Shown piece after piece: positions 18,458 to 27,950 of a stretch of 64,000 bases of DNA. Both the position numbers and the translations under genes were made by a program. The stretch's first letter is position 1; every line of letters begins with the position of its first letter. The stretch spans positions 91,182-155,181 of the forward strand of contig CAYHPN010000001.1 of the NCBI GenBank assembly GCA_964358765.1, given 5' to 3'. The stretch is from Candidatus Woesearchaeota archaeon (GTDB lineage: Archaea > Nanobdellota > Nanobdellia > Pacearchaeales > GW2011-AR1). The notes under the pieces were generated by a model. It saw only the letters and a list, made by a program, of their open reading frames with translations. It was not told the origin of the DNA and did no database searches.

Positions 18458-18724
18458 TTATTCTATTTTTGGATTGTATTTATTAATATGTTCTAACAAC
18501 TGGTTTAATAAATGTTCATTATAACCATCTATAACCTGTATATTGTGGTTTTTTTTGATTCTTATTAGAGATATTTTATTTGGAAGATATCCTTGAACAA
18601 CGTTTCTAAGAACTTTAATATCGGCTGTAATAATTTCATTAAATTTTATATTATTTTTATTAAAAAACTCTTTAATTAATTCTGAATTTTTATCTTCTGG
18701 GACTGAAAATAACTCTATTTTCAT
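18458..18724 (-). CDS. small thioredoxin-fold/glutaredoxin-like protein lacking the CxxC motif (tentative)
   Basis: 88 aa with a beta-alpha-beta layout resembling Grx/ArsC (MKIELFSVPEDK...), but no cysteines. Starts 1 nt after the cbf5 stop. Confidence 0.3.
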   Translation of the reverse strand: MKIELFSVPEDKNSELIKEFFNKNNIKFNEIITADIKVLRNVVQGYLPNKISLIRIKKNHNIQVIDGYNEHLLNQLLEHINKYNPKIE

Positions 18725-18732
18725 GTAAATTC

Positions 18733-19485
18733 TTAAATTTCTCCTTTCAAATATCTTTGCCTTTTTTCCTCTGGAAATCTTTCAATTGCATATCTTAATG
18801 ATGTTCTTGGCATGAATTTATAATGGCTTTTTAGGAATTTCTCTAAAACTGATGAATCTTTCTTTCCCACTTCTCTAAGCATCCAACCAACCGCTTTATG
18901 AATTAAATCATGTTTATCCTTAAAGAGAATTTCTGAAATTTTTAATGTGTCTATAAATTGATTATTTTTAATAAAATGAAACGTTGATATAATAGAAATT
19001 CTTCTCTCCCAGATATTTGATGAAGAAGATAGGTAATATAAAATTGATTTATCTTTATCTATTAAGTACTCGCCTACAATCTGTTCTGCGGAAGAGTCCA
19101 CTAAATCCCAGTTATTAATAAATCCTGCGTTATCTAAATAAAAATCAAAAATCTCTTTTTTTTCTTTTGATTTTTTAAATTTATCAACTAAAATAAATAA
19201 AGCAATTAATCTATGTTCATGAATTTTTGATTTTAAAAGATCTTTAATTTCATTTAAGGATAGATTTGGATAATTTAAAGCTATTTTTCTAGATATAGGC
19301 ACAGTTAAACCTAAGAAAATATCTCCTTCTCCATACTCTCCTTTACCGGTTTTAAAGTATTTTTGTAAAGAGGCGGCTTTCTTAGGATTTGCTAATGAAT
19401 TTATTTCTGATTTTATTTTATTTAAAGACATATTTAGATAAAAATAGAGTACATTAAAAAGTTGTTGTATTCTCTGTAACTTCAA
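18733..19485 (-). CDS. DNA alkylation repair protein (AlkD-like HEAT-repeat glycosylase family)
   Basis: NPKKAASLQKYFKTGKGEYGEGDIFLGLTVPISRKIA... and WMLRE are typical. The track start is TTG at 19485; ATG at 19431 is an alternative. Confidence 0.7.
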   Translation of the reverse strand: MKLQRIQQLFNVLYFYLNMSLNKIKSEINSLANPKKAASLQKYFKTGKGEYGEGDIFLGLTVPISRKIALNYPNLSLNEIKDLLKSKIHEHRLIALFILVDKFKKSKEKKEIFDFYLDNAGFINNWDLVDSSAEQIVGEYLIDKDKSILYYLSSSSNIWERRISIISTFHFIKNNQFIDTLKISEILFKDKHDLIHKAVGWMLREVGKKDSSVLEKFLKSHYKFMPRTSLRYAIERFPEEKRQRYLKGEI

Positions 19486-19537
19486 ATTGAATTGAAGTTA
19501 TCAATTTATTTAAATAGAATAGAGGATTAGATAATTT

Positions 19538-20407
19538 ATGAAAAATAAATTAATGTGGATATATGGATTAGCAGGTTTATCAGTTGTAATTATATTAATA
19601 ACAGTAATTCTAATACAAAATAGACAGAACATTCAAATTAATAATTTTGAGGACTGTGAAAGTGCTGGGGGAGACATAATGAAATCTTATCCTAGAAAAT
19701 GCGCGATAAATAATAATGTCTTTACTGAAGTAATTGAAGAAGAAAGAAGATATATCTCAAGAGAGGTAGAGCAATGCATGGTAATTAGATTTGTATGTGT
19801 AAAGAATAGTTCTGCATTTAGTGATAGTACTGGGTGTGGTTGTGAAGGAAGCTTTGAAGATGTAGAAGTAAGTGACAAGATTGCAGAAAAGTTTATACAG
19901 TTAACTATTGAGAGCCAAGAAGCTATTCCTGTAGAAGGATATGATCCAGATTTGTATATGGGAGTGTATCCTGCTCTGGCAAAAGAAGATTTTGATGGTA
20001 CTGAAGCAATTGGAGGAAAATGGATAATAGGAGAAAAAAGAGAAAATGAACTTATATTTTTAAGAAATGAAAATGAAGAAATAAGTACAGCAGACGGAAC
20101 TTTGACTAATGAAGGTATAAAGAAATTTTTAGGAAATATTGCAAAAAGATTAAACATTCAAATTGAAAACGAAGATGATTTAGAATTGTTAATTGATAAA
20201 ATTTCTGAAAAGAAAAATAATTACTGTAGTGAAGAAAGCAGAAATACGCAAGCTTGCACATTTGATTATAACCCAGTGTGTGGTTGGTTTTATCCAGAAA
20301 AAATACAATGTGTAAAATATCCTTGCGCACAAACTTATAGCAATAGTTGCGGAGCATGTATAAATAAAGATGTTTTATATTGGACGCAAAACGAATGCCC
20401 GAAATAA
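19538..20407 (+). CDS. secreted protein with a C-terminal Kazal-like Cys motif
   Basis: N-terminal TM/signal (LMWIYGLAGLSVVIILITVILI). The C-terminus CTFDYNPVCG...CAQTYSNSCGACINKDVLYWTQNECP resembles the Kazal PVCG...TYxNxCxxC core. Confidence 0.55.
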   Translation: MKNKLMWIYGLAGLSVVIILITVILIQNRQNIQINNFEDCESAGGDIMKSYPRKCAINNNVFTEVIEEERRYISREVEQCMVIRFVCVKNSSAFSDSTGCGCEGSFEDVEVSDKIAEKFIQLTIESQEAIPVEGYDPDLYMGVYPALAKEDFDGTEAIGGKWIIGEKRENELIFLRNENEEISTADGTLTNEGIKKFLGNIAKRLNIQIENEDDLELLIDKISEKKNNYCSEESRNTQACTFDYNPVCGWFYPEKIQCVKYPCAQTYSNSCGACINKDVLYWTQNECPK

Positions 20408-20444
20408 AGTAAAGTTTTATATTATAGTCTAATTTTTACAATAA

Positions 20445-20999
20445 ATGAAAGAAAAAGGCGAAAAATATTGCATAGTATTCTTTTTGAAAGGAAGTGCAAA
20501 AAAGCATCATATTAAGCTTTCTAATAAGTTATCAGATATATTTGGAGTTGCCAGAGTCTCTGAAAAAATCGATCCGCATATTACTTTGAAAGGATTTACT
20601 AGCCTAATTAAAAAGTCCGAGATAGAAGAATTAAAGATCTTATTACAAAATTTTTGCAAAAGAAGCTGTAGAGTCAATATTAAATTAAAAGGCATTGGTA
20701 AATTTACAGATAAAGTTATATTTATTGAAGTAATTCCAACAAAGGAAATGAAGAAATTGTATAAAAACTTTGTAAAAGAATTAGAAAAACTAAAATGGAT
20801 TAAATGGAACAAGTATGACAAAGAAAATATGCATTTTCATGCTACACTTGTAGCAAATACAACTCCAAACAAATTTAAGAAGATTTATGAAACTGCTTTA
20901 AAAGAAAAGCCAAATTTTGATTTAAAACTAGATAATATCTGTATATTAATAAAACCAAAGGAAAGATGGGAATTATACAAAGAATTTAAGTTAAAATAA
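20445..20999 (+). CDS. 2H phosphoesterase superfamily protein (LigT/2'-5' RNA ligase-like)
   Basis: Two H-x-T-x motifs (DPHITLKG and HFHATLVA) at the expected spacing. Confidence 0.7.
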   Translation: MKEKGEKYCIVFFLKGSAKKHHIKLSNKLSDIFGVARVSEKIDPHITLKGFTSLIKKSEIEELKILLQNFCKRSCRVNIKLKGIGKFTDKVIFIEVIPTKEMKKLYKNFVKELEKLKWIKWNKYDKENMHFHATLVANTTPNKFKKIYETALKEKPNFDLKLDNICILIKPKERWELYKEFKLK

Positions 21000-21018
21000 A
21001 AAATATAAAATTTTAGTT

Positions 21019-21456
21019 TTATTCAACAATAAAATTGCCTTTCATGCCATTTGCTCTGTGCTGGCCTACTGAGCAATAATATTCAAATGTGCCTTTTTTA
21101 TCAACTATGAATTCGACAGAAGTTGAATTCCCTGAATTTACCTTTGCCGTTCTAGCATTAAATTCGTCTACAACCCAATCATGAAATCCTCCAGAACTCT
21201 TAAATTCAATTTTTACTTTGTCACCTTGCTTAACTTTTATATCGGGATTTTCTACTCCATCGATATAGAACCTAAAACCTGAACTGTCGACAACAAAAGT
21301 TTTTACTTGAATATTAGAAGGTTCTTGAGAATCATCATTTAAATCTGAATTAGTATCAGAAGAACTATCAGTGGTAGGATTAGATTTTGGAACAAAGAAG
21401 AAAATTCCCACTATAACGATAAGAACAATAATAATGCCAATTACAGCTTTTTTCAT
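21019..21456 (-). CDS. membrane-anchored cupredoxin (blue copper protein)
   Basis: N-terminal TM. Type-1 copper ligands FHDW ... YYCSVGQHRANGM (C-x4-H-x4-M). Confidence 0.8.
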   Translation of the reverse strand: MKKAVIGIIIVLIVIVGIFFFVPKSNPTTDSSSDTNSDLNDDSQEPSNIQVKTFVVDSSGFRFYIDGVENPDIKVKQGDKVKIEFKSSGGFHDWVVDEFNARTAKVNSGNSTSVEFIVDKKGTFEYYCSVGQHRANGMKGNFIVE

Positions 21457-21487
21457 TTTTAATACAGAAAATTAGAGTTTATAAGTA

Positions 21488-21982
21488 TTATGAATTTTTC
21501 TGGAGATTAATTGAAACCTTATCGCCTTCTTTTATGTTTAGCTCTTTTGTTAGATTAGAATTGATTTCTAGGATGTAAAGAGCTTCACTATCTGGATTGT
21601 AAATGGGACAGGGATCTTGTTTACAAGATTGTGCATTTGCTATATAAACTACATTAAAATCTTGATCAATCCAAATGATATCTAGGGGGATGAGGGTATT
21701 TTTCATCCAGAAACTTGCTTTTTGAGGAGTAGTGTAAATAAATAACATTCCTTTATCTTTATCTAAATGATTGCGGTTCATTAAACCTATTTGTTTTTCT
21801 TCTTGAGTAATTGCTAATTCTATTGAAAAACAATTCTTGTTGAAACAGACTTGTGAAAGATTATTACTCTCTTTATTTGAATTATAATTTGATTTAGTAA
21901 AGATTATGATAATTAAAATTAAAATAATTAAAATTATTGTGAAATGGATTTTATACTTTTTCATGTGATAATAGATATACAA
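21488..21982 (-). CDS. DUF192 family protein
   Basis: GLMNRNHLDKDKGMLFIY...FWMKNTLIPLDIIWID matches the DUF192 core. N-terminal TM. Start may be the internal ATG at 21964. Confidence 0.65.
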   Translation of the reverse strand: MYIYYHMKKYKIHFTIILIILILIIIIFTKSNYNSNKESNNLSQVCFNKNCFSIELAITQEEKQIGLMNRNHLDKDKGMLFIYTTPQKASFWMKNTLIPLDIIWIDQDFNVVYIANAQSCKQDPCPIYNPDSEALYILEINSNLTKELNIKEGDKVSINLQKNS

Positions 21983-22014
21983 AAGAATAAAAATGTTGTT
22001 TTTTGAGAAATTTC

Positions 22015-22455
22015 ATGGTTCAATTAGAAAAGGATAGAAAATTTATATATCTCTATCCACATCAAGATATATTTGATGAGGAATTAAGAAAAGGAGCAGT
22101 CGTTAGTGGAGTTGCTGATAGAGTAGCTGATAAATATGGAAAAAGTCACAAGAAAGAGATATGGAAACTTATTATAGAAGAATACAAACCATATTATCAA
22201 CAAAAGTTAAATGCGTGCATTCATCATAGATACAGAAAAAAAGGGTTTTCCATAGTGTATGCGTTACTAGACAATGAGAAAGTGTCGAACATTATTAATT
22301 TAAGAGAAACTGATGAAATAATCTATGTAGGTATGGATAAAAAGACCCATACAACTCCAAGAGATGATGGAACTTATCCTTATCCTGATGAAAATCATAT
22401 TCTCAACCAAATGTTGCCCATTACATCATTAAGAGTTGGTGGCTTTCATATGTAG
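22015..22455 (+). CDS. hypothetical protein
   Basis: ORF with the first ATG at 22015 (the track begins at TTG 22003). No motif recognised. Confidence 0.4.
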   Translation: MVQLEKDRKFIYLYPHQDIFDEELRKGAVVSGVADRVADKYGKSHKKEIWKLIIEEYKPYYQQKLNACIHHRYRKKGFSIVYALLDNEKVSNIINLRETDEIIYVGMDKKTHTTPRDDGTYPYPDENHILNQMLPITSLRVGGFHM

Positions 22456-22470
22456 GATTGTGTAGAGAAA

Positions 22471-22683
22471 TTGGCTAAAACTGCTTATGGAAATGGAATA
22501 GATACTTTAGTGGATGAAGACCTTACTGAGTTTTTTACAGGAATGATAAAAAATAAAGATTTTAGAATAAAGACCTATCCAAGTTTTAATCCAAGAAAAA
22601 GAATGAAAATGAGCAGAAGAGATTATTTTGACAGATTTATGAGAGCGAGAGAGGGAAAACCATGGCTTTGGCAAGATTACTAA
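22471..22683 (+). CDS. hypothetical small protein
   Basis: 70-aa ORF with a TTG start directly downstream of the previous ORF. Weak. Confidence 0.3.
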   Translation: MAKTAYGNGIDTLVDEDLTEFFTGMIKNKDFRIKTYPSFNPRKRMKMSRRDYFDRFMRAREGKPWLWQDY

Positions 22684-23241
22684 TTAAATCATTTCTTCCA
22701 TAGAAGCAATTCCCAATTTTACTTCTTTTTCATCTTCTGAGTTAACCCCGCGTTTGAAGACATTGAATAATATAAGATTAAGCGGCGAACTTAACTCTAT
22801 TCCGTCAAAATGAGATTCTCTTGAAACGGCATAATTTTGCAAGCCTATTCTTAATTGATTTTCATCCAAGCCAAAAAAGCCCATTATATTTACCATTGTT
22901 GCAGATGCAACTGGAGAAACGTTATTTGCAGCGGCAAACCGGTAATATGCTGCGACAGATTCTAAACTAAAACCATCACGATATCCCTCAAATTGTCTTG
23001 CTATTAGAGTAGAAGGTTTGCGAGGTATACCAAGTTTCATTAAGCGAGAAATGTTTAAAACGTGAGAAGTCATATCTTCAACTATTCCAGGGTTTCCTGT
23101 AATAAATGCATCTGCTCGTTCAGATATAAAACCTGCTATATCTTGGTTTTCCTGAGTAAAATGATCTACTGCTTCAAGACTATTTCCTTTGGTTAAACGA
23201 TAATATTCTCTAAGCCTATTTCCGAATTCGCCTTTCATCAA
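22684..23241 (-). CDS. hypothetical protein
   Basis: 185-aa ORF, no motif recognised. Confidence 0.45.
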   Translation of the reverse strand: MMKGEFGNRLREYYRLTKGNSLEAVDHFTQENQDIAGFISERADAFITGNPGIVEDMTSHVLNISRLMKLGIPRKPSTLIARQFEGYRDGFSLESVAAYYRFAAANNVSPVASATMVNIMGFFGLDENQLRIGLQNYAVSRESHFDGIELSSPLNLILFNVFKRGVNSEDEKEVKLGIASMEEMI

Positions 23242-23341
23242 ATTGTCATTTTCAGTATAGTTAAAAATCTTTCTATCAAGAGAGTTAAATTCCTCCCCAA
23301 TTATAACAAAAACTTATAAACTAAACTTCTAAACATCAAAG

Positions 23342-26137
23342 ATGAAAGACATTGTAATAAGAGGCGCTAGAGAACATAACCTAAAGAACGTTAATGTAAC
23401 GTTACCTAGAGATAAATTTATTGTAATTACTGGGTTGTCTGGTTCTGGAAAGTCTACTTTAGCCTTTGATACTCTTTACGCAGAAGGGCAGAGAAGATAT
23501 GTGGAGTCTCTGAGTGCGTATGCAAGGCAGTTTTTAGGCCTGATGAACAAGCCGGACGTGGATTCCATTGATGGACTTAGTCCTGCAATATCAATTGAAC
23601 AGAAAACCACTTCTAATAATCCAAGAAGTACTGTTGGGACTGTTACAGAGATATTTGATTATCTAAGACTGCTTTATGCAAGAATTGGAGTGCCTCATTG
23701 TCCAGAACATAAAATAAAGATTGAAGCTCAGACAGCAGAGCAAATTGCTAGTAGACTTGGAAAAGAAATATCTGGGGAGATGACTATTCTTGCACCAATA
23801 GTGAGAAAGAAAAAAGGAACATATGAAACTTTAATTAAAGATTTGGGTAAAGAAGGATATTCTAAAGTAAGAGTAAATGGAAAAGTGTACAGAACTGACG
23901 AAACAATAAAACTTGATAGATATAGAATGCATGACATTGAAGCAGTAATAGATAAGGTTTCTGGAAAAGATCAGTCGCGATTAAATGAAGCAGTAGAAGC
24001 AGGACTAAAAAAAGGGAGAGGGTTAATTATTATCGTTGATTCGAAAGATAAAGATCATTTATATTCTTCTGCAATGGCTTGCCCTATTTGCGGAATGTCT
24101 TTTGAGGAATTGCAGCCAAGAATGTTCTCATTTAACAGCCCGTTTGGAGCATGTGAAGAATGCAAGGGCCTAGGAGTAAAAATAGAATTTGATCCCAAAC
24201 TAATTTTACCAGATAAAAAGAAAAGCATCATGGATGGGGGGATCGCATTATACGGAAAAATGGATTTAAGCTGGAGAGGGCAGCAAATGCAAGTTATAGG
24301 GAAGAAATATGGATTTACACTTTTTATGCCTTTAGAAAAATTCAGCAAAAAACAAATGGAAGTTTTATTATATGGAACTGATGAAACTCTCAGAGGTAGA
24401 TGGTCAACGGGTGCGGAAATGAATTTTTCCGGCGGTTGGGAAGGACTTATACCGCAGTCAGATAGATTGTATAAGAAAACAGAATCTGACTGGAGGAGAA
24501 AAGAATTTGAGAAATTTATGAGGTCTTCTCCATGTTTATCATGCAAGGGAAAAAGACTAAAAGATAAAGTTTTGGGAGTTACTGTAAGGAATAGATCGAT
24601 AATAGATATAACTGATTTATCTGTTAAAAATTGTTTAGAATTTTTTGAGAGTATTGTACTAACAAAAAAAGAAGAAGAAATAGCTAAATTAATATTAAAA
24701 GAAATAAACTCTAGGTTGAAATTTTTGCTTGATGTTGGTTTAGGTTATTTGAATTTATCCAGACAAGCTGGAACATTATCTGGAGGTGAAGCGCAGAGAA
24801 TTAGACTAGCAACACAGATAGGATCAAATCTAATGGGTGTTCTTTATATTTTAGATGAACCTTCTATTGGACTACATCAGAGAGATAATGTAAAACTAAT
24901 TGAGACATTGCATAAACTGCGAGATTTAGGGAATACATTAGTCGTTGTTGAACATGATGAAGACACGATAAGGAGAGCGGATTATGTGGTTGACATGGGG
25001 CCTGGGGCAGGAACGCATGGGGGGGAGATAATTGCGGTAGGAACACCTGAAGAAATATACAAAAATCCTAAATCTTTAACTGGAAAATATCTATCTGGGA
25101 AATTAGGAATTCCTATTCCAGAAAAAAGAAGAGAAAGCAAAGGATCGATAATTTTTAAGGGATGTACCGAGAATAATTTGAAAAATATAGATATTAAAAT
25201 TCCCACTAGCATAATAACTTGCCTCACAGGAGTATCTGGAAGCGGGAAATCTACACTTTTAGAAGAAATTATTTACAAAGGACTAATGAAAAATATTCAC
25301 GAATCTAGTGTTATTCCAGGAAAACATAAGTCGATAGAAATGAATGCTGAAATTGATAAAGTAATTGTAATAGATCAAAGTCCAATTGGAAGGACACCAA
25401 GAAGCAATCCTGCAACATATATTAAAGCATTTGACGAAATAAGAAATTTATTTGCTTCAACTAAAGAAGCAAAGATGAAAGGTTACGGACCAGGAAGATT
25501 TTCATTTAATGTTGAGGGAGGAAGATGCGAGAAATGTTTTGGAGATGGTACAATAAAAATCGAGATGAATTTCCTGCCTGATGTCTATGTTGAATGTGAA
25601 GAATGTAAAGGGAAGAGATATAATAAAGAAACTTTGAATATTACTTACAAAGATAAATCTATTGCAGATGTACTGGACATGACAGTTGAAGAATCTCTTT
25701 TAGTATTTGAGGCAGTTCCTCTAATACAAAGAAAACTAGCCACGCTAGTAGAAGTCGGGCTAGGATATATTAAAGTAGGGCAGAGCGCAACAACATTATC
25801 TGGTGGAGAGGCACAGAGAATAAAACTCACAAGAGAATTATCCAAGAGAGGAACTGGAAAAACAATGTACTTACTTGATGAACCTACAACAGGACTTCAT
25901 TTCCATGACATTATTAAATTACTTGACGTATTACATGGGCTTGTGGATAAAGGAAATACAATATTGATTATTGAACATAATCTTGAAGTCATTAAGTCTG
26001 CAGATCACATCATAGATTTAGGTCCAGAGGGAGGAGAGGGAGGAGGAGAAATAATATTTGAAGGCACTCCTGAAGAGATCATTAAAAACAATAAAAGTTT
26101 TACTGGGAAATTCCTTAAAGATGTTATGAAAAAATAA
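23342..26137 (+). CDS. uvrA: excinuclease ABC subunit A
   Basis: Two ABC ATPase modules (GLSGSGKST and GVSGSGKST Walker A; LSGGEAQR signatures twice) plus zinc-finger Cys clusters. 931 aa. Confidence 0.95.
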   Translation: MKDIVIRGAREHNLKNVNVTLPRDKFIVITGLSGSGKSTLAFDTLYAEGQRRYVESLSAYARQFLGLMNKPDVDSIDGLSPAISIEQKTTSNNPRSTVGTVTEIFDYLRLLYARIGVPHCPEHKIKIEAQTAEQIASRLGKEISGEMTILAPIVRKKKGTYETLIKDLGKEGYSKVRVNGKVYRTDETIKLDRYRMHDIEAVIDKVSGKDQSRLNEAVEAGLKKGRGLIIIVDSKDKDHLYSSAMACPICGMSFEELQPRMFSFNSPFGACEECKGLGVKIEFDPKLILPDKKKSIMDGGIALYGKMDLSWRGQQMQVIGKKYGFTLFMPLEKFSKKQMEVLLYGTDETLRGRWSTGAEMNFSGGWEGLIPQSDRLYKKTESDWRRKEFEKFMRSSPCLSCKGKRLKDKVLGVTVRNRSIIDITDLSVKNCLEFFESIVLTKKEEEIAKLILKEINSRLKFLLDVGLGYLNLSRQAGTLSGGEAQRIRLATQIGSNLMGVLYILDEPSIGLHQRDNVKLIETLHKLRDLGNTLVVVEHDEDTIRRADYVVDMGPGAGTHGGEIIAVGTPEEIYKNPKSLTGKYLSGKLGIPIPEKRRESKGSIIFKGCTENNLKNIDIKIPTSIITCLTGVSGSGKSTLLEEIIYKGLMKNIHESSVIPGKHKSIEMNAEIDKVIVIDQSPIGRTPRSNPATYIKAFDEIRNLFASTKEAKMKGYGPGRFSFNVEGGRCEKCFGDGTIKIEMNFLPDVYVECEECKGKRYNKETLNITYKDKSIADVLDMTVEESLLVFEAVPLIQRKLATLVEVGLGYIKVGQSATTLSGGEAQRIKLTRELSKRGTGKTMYLLDEPTTGLHFHDIIKLLDVLHGLVDKGNTILIIEHNLEVIKSADHIIDLGPEGGEGGGEIIFEGTPEEIIKNNKSFTGKFLKDVMKK

Positions 26138-26152
26138 GAATGTTATTTTGTA

Positions 26153-26308
26153 TTACTTAGGTAAAGCAGGAGGTTGAGGAATTGAACTTCCACCAGAGAA
26201 AGGAGAGGAGCCATCTCCTGACATCATTACATAAGCAATAATTCCTACTATGATTAATATCGCAATGATTAATATCCAGATCCATGCTTTTCCTCTTTTG
26301 TTTATCAT
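26153..26308 (-). CDS. small single-TM protein (51 aa), not in ORF track
   Basis: MINKRGKAWIWILIIAILIIVGIIAYVMMSGDGSSPFSGGSSIPQPPALPK starts 1 nt after the upstream stop. Its C-terminal PPALP echoes the PPAIP/PPSIP of the two upstream paralogs. Confidence 0.4.
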   Translation of the reverse strand: MINKRGKAWIWILIIAILIIVGIIAYVMMSGDGSSPFSGGSSIPQPPALPK

Positions 26309-26309
26309 C

Positions 26310-26987
26310 TTAATTAGGTATTGCAGGAGGGTTAGAACCTCCGATTATTTTATTTAATGCACAACTATTTTTAACCTTTACTAACATACCGTTACTTAAG
26401 AAATCATCAAAGTCATAGCTTTTTAATTGCATACCTGGATCCATTGTTCCCCATTCTTGTTTTTCTGCGTTCCAATAATATATTTTTTCATACTCACAAT
26501 TTCCTTTTATCGCCATCCAAGAGAAATATTCTCCTGCATAACCTTCGTTCGGATTATAAGTGCCCATATACATGTCTGGAAGGACTCCCACAAAATTCCA
26601 TCCTACTGATAAAGGTCTTTCATTTAATGGAAGAGGCTCTTCTAGCCAATATTCAACTCCATGAGGCATGTTGTTAAATGAACCTTGAATTGTTTTATCA
26701 GAGTATACCCAATTTACTTGTTTTTCAAAATAACTATCTCCATATTTAGCAATTATTGGACTTTCTGGATTAGGATATAATCTAACATATTTATTTTCAT
26801 TTGGCAAATATGAATAAATTGCCTTAACATTAGATAAATCTAAATCTCCTTGAGGAGAAGAGGGGGTAAATCCATGAATTAAATTCCATCCTTCATAGAT
26901 TGCTACTTGAGATTCTACTGTAGTAGATTGTGCAAAAGAAATTATTGAGATAAATAATATTATAATTAAAGAAATTTTGTTTTTCAT
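26310..26987 (-). CDS. secreted protein, paralog A of a two-member family
   Basis: Start placed at ATG 26987 (MKNKISLIIILFISIISFAQS signal), forming an ATGA overlap with the upstream stop. Shares EGWNL.HGF, YVRLYPNP, GWNFVG..PDM, L.KV.N.C.L and PP.IP blocks with 26984-27862. Confidence 0.65.
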   Translation of the reverse strand: MKNKISLIIILFISIISFAQSTTVESQVAIYEGWNLIHGFTPSSPQGDLDLSNVKAIYSYLPNENKYVRLYPNPESPIIAKYGDSYFEKQVNWVYSDKTIQGSFNNMPHGVEYWLEEPLPLNERPLSVGWNFVGVLPDMYMGTYNPNEGYAGEYFSWMAIKGNCEYEKIYYWNAEKQEWGTMDPGMQLKSYDFDDFLSNGMLVKVKNSCALNKIIGGSNPPAIPN

Positions 26988-27862
26988 TGAATACATGCTC
27001 CGTTTGCACATCCGTTTGGACAAATATAACTTTCATCATCATACTCTTTTGAATTTTTACAAACAAGTTCATATAAATTATCCCCATTACATTCATCTGA
27101 TGCAGAAGTAATTCCAACTGGTCCGTTTTCATTTTGACCTGTTACAGTTCCTTTTAGGTTATAGTTTAAACCTCCATCAGAATCAATGCAATCACTATTT
27201 TCTATAGGAATAGAAGGAGGAGAGGGAAACTCTAATCCCAATTTACAATTATTGAATACTTTAATTAATATTCCATTGCCTGCATCATCGGGGTTGTCTA
27301 TAAAGTTAATTTTATTCCAACTCATTCCTGCATTTGCAAGAACATTTTCATCAATAACATTCCAATTTTTATTATCTCCGTCATTAAAATTTGCAGCTTT
27401 TTGGATTATACAACCTGCGCTTTCTAAATCTAAAATTCCATCCATGTCTGGAGTTATTCCGACAAAATTCCAACCTGCGTATAATGGCCTATTTTGATAA
27501 GAAACATATGATCCAACTGGAAGATCGTAATTAATTCTTCCTGTTTTATCAGAATATATTAAAAAAGCAGTGTTTGCAATCTCGTCGTCATCAATTTGCC
27601 TTAATTTATTTGAATCTGGATTAGGATATAATCTAACATATGTTTGAGTTTGAGGGATAAAACCGTAAACTACCTTAATATTATCTTGACTTATTTCTCC
27701 AGATACAATTTGTGCTGGAGAGAGAAAACCATAAGCTAAATTCCAACCTTCCTCAAAAAAGCGAGAAGCTTTATTGTATTCCAAATCCATTGAACTGTTT
27801 ACAGAAGTGCTCATAAAGGATAATATTAATAAAACAAATATAGAAAACAGTGATTTCTTCAT
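26984..27862 (-). CDS. secreted protein, paralog B, with an extra C-terminal Cys-rich module
   Basis: Signal peptide MKKSLFSIFVLLILSFMSTSVNS. Conserved blocks as in paralog A. C-terminal extension CIDSDGGLNYNLKGTV...CNGDNLYELVC...CPNGCANGAC. Confidence 0.7.
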   Translation of the reverse strand: MKKSLFSIFVLLILSFMSTSVNSSMDLEYNKASRFFEEGWNLAYGFLSPAQIVSGEISQDNIKVVYGFIPQTQTYVRLYPNPDSNKLRQIDDDEIANTAFLIYSDKTGRINYDLPVGSYVSYQNRPLYAGWNFVGITPDMDGILDLESAGCIIQKAANFNDGDNKNWNVIDENVLANAGMSWNKINFIDNPDDAGNGILIKVFNNCKLGLEFPSPPSIPIENSDCIDSDGGLNYNLKGTVTGQNENGPVGITSASDECNGDNLYELVCKNSKEYDDESYICPNGCANGACIQ

Positions 27863-27950
27863 AGAGTAAATATTTGTTTATTCTATTTAAAGCTTTTCTT
27901 AAATATTTTTATCCCAAAACTTTAAAATAATCATTAATGTTTCTAAAAAA

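Noticed and set aside
23728-25845. Several 60-163-aa minus-strand ORFs (23728-23937, 24055-24546, 24864-25046, 24982-25227, 25645-25845)
   Set aside because: All are antisense to the well-supported uvrA reading frame and have no motifs; they are shadow ORFs.
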